A model generated the notes under the pieces. The model saw nothing but the letters and a program-made list of their open reading frames with translations, searched no databases and was not told where the DNA came from. The translations under genes and the position numbers were made by a program. Shown in pieces: positions 9,515 to 16,683 of a stretch of DNA of 32,000 nucleotides. The stretch spans positions 92,426 through 124,425 of the forward strand of contig JAIXHJ010000003.1 in NCBI GenBank assembly GCA_030145845.1, given 5' to 3'. This DNA comes from Pseudomonadota bacterium (GTDB taxonomy: Bacteria > Pseudomonadota > Gammaproteobacteria > Pseudomonadales > Oceanobacteraceae). How positions within the stretch are numbered: position 1 is the first letter of the stretch; the number at the start of each line of letters is the position of its first letter.

Positions 9515-10335
9515 TGGGTAGCGGAACGGTCAGCCTCAGCGCCGCTCCTGATGTGCTGCGCAGTGCGTTGGCTGATCTGCTGACGCAGCAACCTTCCCAC
9601 CAGGCTGCCCGCCTTGCCGGGCAGCAGGCGGATACGCCGGGAACGGCATTTTTCTGTGGATATCAGGCGGCCATGCGCTGTCTGGTGCCGGCGCTGCCCG
9701 CTGATCTCTGGGCCGCTTTCTGTATTTCCGAGCGCGGGCTGCGCTCTCTGTCAGCGATGCAGACCCATTACCTTGACGGGCACCTGTATGGTGGCAAATC
9801 CCATGTGATGCTGGCCGGTCAGGGGCTGGATCGTCTGTATGTGGTAGCACTGGATGAACAGCAGCGGCTGGTGTGCGTGCAGGTGGACGCCACGGCCAGC
9901 GGACTGCGTGCGGAAGCGCCCGGGAAAGCGCAGTCGTTTCTGCCGGAAGTACCGCATTTCCCGGTGACATTCGATGGTGTTGCGGTCAGTGCGCTGATCT
10001 CCACCGATGCCCACCGGCAGCTGAACCGGCCTTTCCGTTACTGGGAAGATGTGCATGTCGCACTGGCCATGGCCGGCTGGATGAATGCGCGGACAGAAGC
10101 GGCGGCGCTGGCGGCCGCCGCTGATGAGCTGGCAGCCGCTTATGCCTCACAGCCCGGTGGCTACGGTCTGCCGGCTCTGGATCGGCTGGAGTCTCTGCTG
10201 CAACGTCTGGATCAGGCGGCAGCGGGGCTGACCGCTGAGGATAACAAGCACTGGCAGCGTGACCGCATGCTGTTAGTGCTGGGACAGCCGCTGCGCCAAC
10301 GTATCCGGGCCGGTCTCAGCGCACCGTCACCCTGA
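9514..10335 (+). CDS. Hypothetical Ala/Leu-rich cytoplasmic protein, 273 aa. A distant acyl-CoA-dehydrogenase-like relationship is only a weak impression.
   Basis: Its ATG overlaps the upstream stop (TGATG at 9512-9516), suggesting translational coupling. Third-position GC richness is consistent with coding. The motif ..FFCGYQAAMRCL.. vaguely recalls ACAD-family proteins, unverified. Confidence 0.5.
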   Translation: MGSGTVSLSAAPDVLRSALADLLTQQPSHQAARLAGQQADTPGTAFFCGYQAAMRCLVPALPADLWAAFCISERGLRSLSAMQTHYLDGHLYGGKSHVMLAGQGLDRLYVVALDEQQRLVCVQVDATASGLRAEAPGKAQSFLPEVPHFPVTFDGVAVSALISTDAHRQLNRPFRYWEDVHVALAMAGWMNARTEAAALAAAADELAAAYASQPGGYGLPALDRLESLLQRLDQAAAGLTAEDNKHWQRDRMLLVLGQPLRQRIRAGLSAPSP

Positions 10336-10693
10336 CTGATGCCGCCGCTGGCGGGGTAAAGGAAGGCAAGGGTTGCTCTGCTTCCTGTTGTTCTGTTTCC
10401 GGTGCTGGCCGGTAGCCGGCATTGTAACGGGCCGCATCGGTGGGGTTCAGGCCGGCAGCCTGGCCAGGCGTTGCGATCAGGGTGTCGGCCATTTCCTGAT
10501 TCAGCAGCCGTGGAATGGGAATGCTCTGAGAGGTTGAGCGGTTATAACGCAGGGCATGGCTGTAGTCATAATGATGTGTGCGCTGACGGGCTTCTTCCAC
10601 GGCAGTGAAAATATCCGCTGCATAGTAATTATCCTGTGGCGAAGCGGCGCCGGGCAGTGGCAGCAGTATCATCAGCAGGCAGGCTCTGAACAT
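10316..10693 (-). CDS. Small secreted protein, paralog A of a tandem pair, 125 aa
   Basis: Signal peptide MFRACLLMILLPLPGAAS. The core YYAADIFTAVEEAR...YNRSTSQSIPIPRLLNQEMAD aligns with the upstream neighbour. GAGGAGG RBS 4 nt before the ATG. Confidence 0.65.
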   Translation of the reverse strand: MFRACLLMILLPLPGAASPQDNYYAADIFTAVEEARQRTHHYDYSHALRYNRSTSQSIPIPRLLNQEMADTLIATPGQAAGLNPTDAARYNAGYRPAPETEQQEAEQPLPSFTPPAAASVRVTVR

Positions 10694-10702
10694 TATGCCT
10701 CC

Positions 10703-11203
10703 TCACGGACGGGCCGAAGCTTTGATGGAAACCGACGCGCGGACGTTACTCACACGGCTGTCTTTCGAACGTGCTTCGCGGATATAAATATCCGATCCTT
10801 GGCTTTCAAATTCGTCTTCGCTGTCCGGCTCTTCCTGATTGTTTTCATCGCTCAGCGTGCGTCGTACCTGGCGGCCGAGAGAGGCATCCCGCAATGGCTG
10901 CTGAGCTTCCACGGCGGCGGCTTCACCGGCTGCGGTGGGGCCCATGGCACCTTCGATCACTTCGTTATCCATTTCGGAATTCAGCATTCTGGGCAGGGCA
11001 AAACTGCGTGAGGTTGAGCGGTTGTACCAGGAGGCACCAACGTATTCGGTATCCACCGGATTGCTTCTGGCCGCCGATACGGCGTCATCAATATTCTGTG
11101 AATAGTAGGCGGTGGCAGACGTGTCGGCCTGCAGGTCAGGGCAGCAGGCGATGGCGGTCAGGGCGGTGAGAACACCCGTCAGCCGGGACCAGGATGTTTC
11201 CAT
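10703..11203 (-). CDS. Small secreted protein, paralog B of a tandem pair, 166 aa, with an acidic C-terminal tail
   Basis: Start at ATG 11203 (METSWSRLTGVLTALTAIACCPDLQA...). Core YYSQNIDDAVSAAR...YNRSTSRSFALPRMLNSEMDN. Its TGA stop lies inside the RBS of paralog A (TGAGGAGG). Confidence 0.65.
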   Translation of the reverse strand: METSWSRLTGVLTALTAIACCPDLQADTSATAYYSQNIDDAVSAARSNPVDTEYVGASWYNRSTSRSFALPRMLNSEMDNEVIEGAMGPTAAGEAAAVEAQQPLRDASLGRQVRRTLSDENNQEEPDSEDEFESQGSDIYIREARSKDSRVSNVRASVSIKASARP

Positions 11204-11300
11204 ATTCTGAACCCTTTTGTTTTTGTTATTTTTTGTAATTGTGTCATCATAGCAGCCGTCCCGGAATGTGTACACAGCCTGTAAAGGCCGGAAAATAATA

Positions 11301-11984
11301 ATGATAAAAATACTCTCACTTTTGTCCGCAGCGGCCGTTCTGCTGCTGAGCGGATGTACAGTTCACCAGTCAATCGGCGACAGTTTCGGCTCCTATGTAG
11401 CGGAACCCGACGGCCAGAGTTTCCGCCCGGTCGGCCAGCGCTGGGACTATGAACATACCGCCCTGCTTTACGTCTACCGTCCGGCGACCGAATGGTCGAT
11501 GGATGAGCTGGAAAGCCCCAGTTTTAACGTCGCTGATGAGCGCCTGTTCAATGTGAAGGGCGGTGGTTACACCTGGTATGAAATGCAGCCCGGTAGCTAT
11601 GACATTGTGATGCGGCGCGGGCTGCTGGGTCTGGAAGGCATCGGCGGTTTTGACCTCAAGGTCATTGCCAGGCTGGTACTCGACGTGCAGGTGGGTAAGG
11701 TCTATTACCTGCGTTATTCCGAGGTGGATCCGCCGCAGATTGATCCTGAAGCAGAGACCGTACCGCTGGGCGATGGTCCACTGCAGCTGGTATCACCGGC
11801 GCTGGCGATGACGGAGCTGCCGCTGACGCATATGATTCACCACGGCCGGGGCATGCTGACGCCGGAGCAGGCGCCGCAACAGCAGGCTGCTGTGAGTCCG
11901 GAGCAGGAAGCGGACACGGCTGATGAAACGGATACGGTGAATTCCGGAGGTGGGACTAAAGGCGGGGACTGGTGGCCGTTTTAG
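11301..11984 (+). CDS. Predicted lipoprotein, DUF2846-like, 227 aa
   Basis: Start at ATG 11301. Lipobox LLLSGC|TVH. ..ALLYVYRP....FNV..GGYTWYEMQPGSYDIVMRRG.. resembles the DUF2846 pattern as I remember it. Low-complexity Q/E/D-rich C-terminus ending DWWPF. Confidence 0.6.
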   Translation: MIKILSLLSAAAVLLLSGCTVHQSIGDSFGSYVAEPDGQSFRPVGQRWDYEHTALLYVYRPATEWSMDELESPSFNVADERLFNVKGGGYTWYEMQPGSYDIVMRRGLLGLEGIGGFDLKVIARLVLDVQVGKVYYLRYSEVDPPQIDPEAETVPLGDGPLQLVSPALAMTELPLTHMIHHGRGMLTPEQAPQQQAAVSPEQEADTADETDTVNSGGGTKGGDWWPF

Positions 11985-12110
11985 AGCTGCCCCGGGTGAG
12001 GTACAATACGCCCCGCTTTTTGCGCCCACTGAGTGGGCGTTGTCACGCCCGCCAGCTGCCAGAGCCGGGCGGATGCCGGCCGCCGGCTTAATCCTGAGAG
12101 AGAATTCACC

Positions 12111-13619
12111 ATGACTGTGATCAAGCAAGAAGATCTGATCCAGAGCGTAGCTGATGCTCTGCAGTACATCTCCTACTACCATCCGAAAGATTTTATCGAC
12201 GCTGTTAACGAAGCGTACGAGCGTGAAGAGTCCAAGGCCGCCAAAGATGCCATGGCTCAGATTCTGATCAACTCCCGCATGTGTGCCATGGGCCACCGCC
12301 CGATCTGTCAGGATACCGGTATCGTGACCGTGTTCCTGACCATTGGTATGGACGTAAAGTTTGAAGGCGATATGAGCGTGGAAGATATGTGTAATGAAGG
12401 CGTACGCCGTGCTTACACCCACCCTGATAACGTGCTGCGCGCCTCCGTGCTGGCCGATCCTGACGGTGCCCGTAAGAATACCAAAGACAACACGCCGGCC
12501 ATCATTCACATGAAACTGGTACCGGGTAATACCGTTGACGTCCATGTGGCGGCCAAAGGTGGTGGTTCTGAAGCCAAATCCAAGTTCGCTATGCTGAATC
12601 CGTCTGATGATGTGGTGGAGTGGGTACTGAAGCAGATCCCGACCATGGGTGCCGGCTGGTGTCCGCCGGGCATGCTGGGTATCGGTATCGGCGGTACCGC
12701 TGAAAAAGCCATGATGCTGGCCAAAGAATCCCTGCTGGAGCCGATTGATATTCACGAACTGCAGGCCCGTGGTGCACAGAACCGTGCCGAAGAACTGCGT
12801 CTGGAACTGTTCGATAAGGTAAACAAGCTGGGTATCGGTGCTCAGGGCCTGGGTGGTCTGACCACCGTACTGGATGTGAAAGTGATGGATTATCCGACCC
12901 ATGCGGCGAACAAACCGGTGGCGATCATCCCGAACTGTGCCGCAACCCGTCACACCCACTTCACCCTGGATGGTACTGGCCCGGCGAAACTGGAAGCCCC
13001 GAAACTGGAAGACTGGCCGGAAATTACCTGGGAAGTGGGTGATTCCGTGCGTCGCGTGAATCTGGATACGGTGACGCCGGAAGACGTGAAAGACTGGAAA
13101 ACCGGTGAGACCATTCTGCTGTCCGGTAAAATGCTGACTGGCCGTGACGCGGCACACAAGCGTATGGTTGATATGATCTCCAAAGGCGAAGAGCTGCCGG
13201 TGGATCTGAAGGGCCGCTTTATCTATTACGTGGGTCCGGTGGATCCGGTACGCGAAGAAGTGGTTGGTCCTGCCGGTCCGACAACGGCTACCCGTATGGA
13301 TAAATTCACCCGCACCGTGCTGGAAAAAACCGGCCTGCTGGGCATGATCGGTAAATCCGAACGTGGTCAGATTGCGATTGATGCCATCAAAGACAACGAA
13401 GCCGTTTACCTGATGGCTGTTGGTGGCGCTGCTTATCTGGTGTCGCAGGCAATCAAGGCGTCGAAAGTGGTTGGCTTTGACGATCTGGGCATGGAAGCTA
13501 TCTATGAATTTGACGTTCAGGATATGCCGGTGACCGTGGCCGTGGATACCAAAGGTGAGTCTGTTCACCGTACGGGTCCGCAGCAATGGTATGCCAAGAT
13601 CAACGCTACTGAGGTGTAA
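12111..13619 (+). CDS. Class I (Fe-S dependent) fumarate hydratase, fused N- and C-terminal domains, 502 aa
   Basis: From ATG 12111: MTVIKQEDLIQSVADALQYISYYHPKDF...RPICQDTGIVTVFL...GGGSE.KSKF..L...GAGWCPPGMLGIGIGGTAEKA....IPNCAATRH. The C-terminal domain carries LSGKMLTGRDAAHKRM...GPAGPTTATRMD. These are typical of Fe-S hydro-lyase fumarases. Confidence 0.9.
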   Translation: MTVIKQEDLIQSVADALQYISYYHPKDFIDAVNEAYEREESKAAKDAMAQILINSRMCAMGHRPICQDTGIVTVFLTIGMDVKFEGDMSVEDMCNEGVRRAYTHPDNVLRASVLADPDGARKNTKDNTPAIIHMKLVPGNTVDVHVAAKGGGSEAKSKFAMLNPSDDVVEWVLKQIPTMGAGWCPPGMLGIGIGGTAEKAMMLAKESLLEPIDIHELQARGAQNRAEELRLELFDKVNKLGIGAQGLGGLTTVLDVKVMDYPTHAANKPVAIIPNCAATRHTHFTLDGTGPAKLEAPKLEDWPEITWEVGDSVRRVNLDTVTPEDVKDWKTGETILLSGKMLTGRDAAHKRMVDMISKGEELPVDLKGRFIYYVGPVDPVREEVVGPAGPTTATRMDKFTRTVLEKTGLLGMIGKSERGQIAIDAIKDNEAVYLMAVGGAAYLVSQAIKASKVVGFDDLGMEAIYEFDVQDMPVTVAVDTKGESVHRTGPQQWYAKINATEV

Positions 13620-13636
13620 CGCCTCAGGGTGATAAG

Positions 13637-13659
13637 AAAGGCGCTGCGGCGCTTTTTTT
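13637..13659 (+). terminator. Probable intrinsic terminator after the fumarate hydratase gene
   Basis: aaag(g)cgc-tgcg-gcgcttt is a short GC stem with one bulge, followed by T7. Confidence 0.55.
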
Positions 13660-13764
13660 GTGCCTGAAAGGCCTGCTCAGGTCAGTATTCTGGCCCGTTC
13701 TGCCTGTTCTGATATCCACCTGAAGGCGCATACTGTGCCTTCCGGTGAATGGGCGGAGAAAATA

Positions 13765-14091
13765 ATGAATAACGATCTGATCAACGAACAGGAACTGGCC
13801 GTCTGGCTGGCTGAACACAGCGACTGGCAGGTTAAGGACAGCGACGGTGTTCCTGCCCTGTACCGGCATATTCTGTTAACGGATTTCAGCTGTGCCATGC
13901 ATCTGGCCAACCAGATTGCTGTACTGGCTGAGCAGCAGGATCACCACCCACAGCTGCAGCTGGCGTGGGGCTGGCTCGACGTGTTGTGGTGGAGCCACGA
14001 TGTGAAGGGAATTTCACGCCGTGACCTGAACCTGGCCGTGATGACCGACCGGGCGCTGGCGGAACTGAAACGCCGTATGCACGCCGCCTGA
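13765..14091 (+). CDS. 4a-hydroxytetrahydrobiopterin (pterin-4a-carbinolamine) dehydratase, 108 aa
   Basis: From ATG 13765 with GGAGAA RBS: ..LAVWLAEHSDWQV.....L.R...F.DF..AMHLANQIAVLAEQQDHHPQL...W..LDVLWWSHDVKGISRRDLNLA is the PCD/DCoH family signature. Confidence 0.85.
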   Translation: MNNDLINEQELAVWLAEHSDWQVKDSDGVPALYRHILLTDFSCAMHLANQIAVLAEQQDHHPQLQLAWGWLDVLWWSHDVKGISRRDLNLAVMTDRALAELKRRMHAA

Positions 14092-14097
14092 TTCTGC

Positions 14098-14451
14098 TCA
14101 GCGGCGGATACCGATCCCCTCAACCAGCATGGCCGTGCCTTCGCAGCCGGCCGTGCTGACCCTCAGTGTTGCCTGTTGTGCAAACGCATCCCTGACCAGC
14201 TGGAATTTCCTTTCCGCAACCTCGCTGTAGCGGCTGTAGGCACGGAAGCGGTTGGATGCTTTGCCACCACAGCGGTGCAGTTTCTCTGAGCTGAAGAACT
14301 CAAACGGCGCACTTCTTTCGTCTTCTGTCTGGTAAACAGCAATAACTTTCACACTGACATAATCGCTGGCATATACCTCCGTAATCCCTCCTGCACTGAG
14401 CGCGAGTGATGAAAAAATATACGCTGTGGTTTTCAGCTTGCTGGCAATCAT
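14098..14451 (-). CDS. Hypothetical small secreted protein, 117 aa
   Basis: N-terminal signal-like segment (TTAYIFSSLALSAGGITEVYA|SD) and two Cys in the mature part. AGGAA about 11 nt upstream of the ATG. No family recognised. Convergent with the dehydratase gene with a 6-nt gap. Confidence 0.5.
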   Translation of the reverse strand: MIASKLKTTAYIFSSLALSAGGITEVYASDYVSVKVIAVYQTEDERSAPFEFFSSEKLHRCGGKASNRFRAYSRYSEVAERKFQLVRDAFAQQATLRVSTAGCEGTAMLVEGIGIRR

Positions 14452-14536
14452 AACGTGTGCGTTCCTGAAGAGTTTTTTGGGTCCGGTTATCAGGCGCTTA
14501 GTGTAGATGAGACAGCGCTGCTTTTCTTATTGATAA

Positions 14537-14602
14537 CTGTAATTTTATTGTCTTGTTTTTGTCACAAAACTGCACGCGGATTGTCATTTTCCTGCTCTAG
14601 CC
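14537..14602 (+). promoter_or_regulatory. Array of six Pho-box-like half-sites in strict 11-bp phase (three candidate PhoB boxes) upstream of the PhoX-like gene
   Basis: ctgtaat-ttta / ttgtctt-gttt / ttgtcac-aaaa / ctgcacg-cgga / ttgtcat-tttc / ctgctct. Each is a 7-mer plus a mostly A/T-rich 4-mer, compared with the E. coli consensus CTGTCAT-A(A/T)A(T/A)-CTGTCA(C/T). All are in the + orientation, 36-100 nt upstream of the CDS. Confidence 0.65.
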
Positions 14603-14637
14603 TACGCGCTCGGGGAAATAAATCCTTTTTATAACCT

Positions 14638-16620
14638 ATGAGAGAGATGGCTATGAAATTCCTGGAAAAGAATCGCCTGGCTCAGGCGGTCGCGGTTTCC
14701 ACGCTGACAGCAATGCTGGCAGCCTGTGGTGGCAGCAGTAGCAGCAGTAATGACAGCACCAGCGGTGATAATTCAACCGTAACTTCAACAACTGCCTTTA
14801 CCGCCAGCACTGCCTGCCCGAACGGTGGTATCACTGTTGAAAGTGGTATCGACGAAAACGGTAACGGTGTTCTGGACGCAAGCGAAGTCGATAACACTCA
14901 GGAAGTGTGTAACGGTTCTGATGGTGAAGACCTGACTGTTGCGGATCACACCACAGCAACTTACGGTACTGATCTGGTTTTCTCCGGTGTAAGTGCTCCG
15001 GCTACTGACGCTGAAAAACGTACAATCACGGCATCTGATGCTGTTATTAACGAGACTGTTTTCGGTGGCACGTACAACACTCTGGCCCGCTCCGGTACTG
15101 ACTACAACGGTGTGACTTTCGGTCAGCTGGTAAACGAGTCCGGCACTGTACTGCAGAGCACTGATGGCAGCATCAATGTCACCAACTCCAACGAACACAC
15201 TTCTCTGCTGCCGATCGGTGACAAACTGTTCTCCGTGTCACAGATGGAATCCACTCCGGGTGCAATGTTCCTGATGGAACTGAACCAGGATGATGAAACC
15301 GGTGCTCTGTCGGTTAAAAACATGACACAGATTGATCAGTCCGGCGTTAATGGTGGCTGGGTGCACTGTGCGGCTTCTGTGACGCCATGGACCACACACC
15401 TGGCTTCAGAAGAATACGAACCGAATGCCCGTAAACCGGACAGCGGTCAGCGCGGTATGCTGTCTTACTACGAAGACGAAGCTGACTGGAACCCCTACTT
15501 CTACGGCTGGAATATTGAAATTGAAGTCTCAGAAGATTCCTCAACTGAGCTGACCAAGCACTATGCCATGGGTCGTCTGGCGTTCGAACTGGCATACGTC
15601 ATGCCTGACTCCAAAACCGCTTACATGACTGATGACGGCACCAATGTCGGCTTCTTTATGTTTGTTGCTGATACGGCCGGCGATCTGAGTGCAGGTACCC
15701 TGTACGCGGCCAAGTGGACTCAGACTTCCGGTGACAATGGTGGTGCAGCAGATATCAGCTGGATCGACCTGGGTCATGCTTCTGACGATGATATCCTGCC
15801 ATATGTGGTTGGTACCGATACCCAGGCGCAGCTGGCCTTCACCGATCTGTTTGAAACAGAAGATGTTGTCAGCGGTGCCTGCAGCACTGACGGCTTCACT
15901 TATGTGAATACAGCGAGTGGTGGTGCAGAGTGTCTGAAAGTGGTTGACGGTATGGAAACTCTGGCTTCCCGTATGGAAACCCGCCGCTACGCTGCTGTTC
16001 AGGGCGCTTCTATTGAATTCAAGAAAGAAGAAGGTGTGACCTTCGATCCGGTACGCAGCAAACTGTACGTTGGTATGTCCAGTGTCGGCAGTGGTATGAG
16101 CGATACCAGTGGTGATATTCAGCTGGCTGAAGGTAATTCCTGTGGCATCGTCTATGAACTGGATGTGGCTGCTGACACCAATATCGGTTCCAGCTATGTT
16201 GCCAACAACATGAGCGCTATGGTTCTGGGTCGTCCGGTTTCTGCTGAAGATCCTCAGGTTGCCGGTTATGAAGATAACAACAGCTGCCACATTGATGGTA
16301 TCGCTAACCCGGATAACGTTACCTACATGTCCGGTTACGATAAGCTGATTATCGGTGAAGATACCGGTGGTGGTCACCAGAATGACGTGATCTGGGCTTA
16401 TGAGTTTGATGATGAGTCCCTGACCCGTATTCAGACTACTCCTTACGGTGCAGAAACCACGTCGCCATACTGGTACCCGAACATTAATGGCTGGGCTTAC
16501 CTGATGTCTGTGGTACAGCATCCATATGGCGAGTCTGACTCGGATAAAAATACCGGTGCCGGCGAAGAATATGCTTACACTGGTTATATCGGTCCTTTCC
16601 CGGGTGTAACCGAAGAGTAA
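14638..16620 (+). CDS. PhoX-family (DUF839) putative phosphatase, predicted lipoprotein, 660 aa
   Basis: Lipobox MLAAC|GGSSSS. DUF839/PhoX-like segments: ..NGGWVHCAASVTPWTTHLASEEYEP.., ..GRLAFELAYVMPD.KTAYMTDD.., ..LIIGEDTGGGHQND.. and ..GAETTSPYW.....AYLMSVVQHP... The start could instead be ATG 14647 or 14653 (MKFLEKN..). Confidence 0.75.
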   Translation: MREMAMKFLEKNRLAQAVAVSTLTAMLAACGGSSSSSNDSTSGDNSTVTSTTAFTASTACPNGGITVESGIDENGNGVLDASEVDNTQEVCNGSDGEDLTVADHTTATYGTDLVFSGVSAPATDAEKRTITASDAVINETVFGGTYNTLARSGTDYNGVTFGQLVNESGTVLQSTDGSINVTNSNEHTSLLPIGDKLFSVSQMESTPGAMFLMELNQDDETGALSVKNMTQIDQSGVNGGWVHCAASVTPWTTHLASEEYEPNARKPDSGQRGMLSYYEDEADWNPYFYGWNIEIEVSEDSSTELTKHYAMGRLAFELAYVMPDSKTAYMTDDGTNVGFFMFVADTAGDLSAGTLYAAKWTQTSGDNGGAADISWIDLGHASDDDILPYVVGTDTQAQLAFTDLFETEDVVSGACSTDGFTYVNTASGGAECLKVVDGMETLASRMETRRYAAVQGASIEFKKEEGVTFDPVRSKLYVGMSSVGSGMSDTSGDIQLAEGNSCGIVYELDVAADTNIGSSYVANNMSAMVLGRPVSAEDPQVAGYEDNNSCHIDGIANPDNVTYMSGYDKLIIGEDTGGGHQNDVIWAYEFDDESLTRIQTTPYGAETTSPYWYPNINGWAYLMSVVQHPYGESDSDKNTGAGEEYAYTGYIGPFPGVTEE

Positions 16621-16641
16621 TATTCTGGCAGTAACCTCAGA

Positions 16642-16666
16642 GGGCGGGATTATCCCGCCCTTTTTT
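16642..16666 (+). terminator. Intrinsic terminator between the PhoX-like gene and the next same-strand gene
   Basis: gggcggga-tta-tcccgccc (8-bp GC-rich stem) followed by T6. It ends 18 nt before the next start codon. Confidence 0.8.
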
Positions 16667-16683
16667 ATGTGTGAGAGGTTGTT

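Noticed and set aside
11297-11315. Fur-box-like sequence aataatgataaaaatactc (about 13 of 19 matches to GATAATGATAATCATTATC)
   Set aside because: It overlaps the start codon and the first codons of the DUF2846-like lipoprotein (ATG ATA AAA ATA CTC). The similarity is largely explained by A/T-rich initial codons, and the 3' half of the box is poor. Not enough to call iron regulation.
11793-13586. 597-aa ORF on the minus strand, the longest ORF in this part of the window
   Set aside because: It lies entirely antisense to the well-supported class I fumarate hydratase gene. Its translation is His/Arg/Gly/Thr-rich low-complexity sequence with no recognisable motif, which is typical of a shadow ORF opposite a GC3-rich gene.
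15541-16521. 326-aa minus-strand ORF
   Set aside because: Antisense to the PhoX-like gene. The composition is odd (Thr/Gly/His/Ile-rich), there is no RBS, and there are no family features. A mirror ORF.
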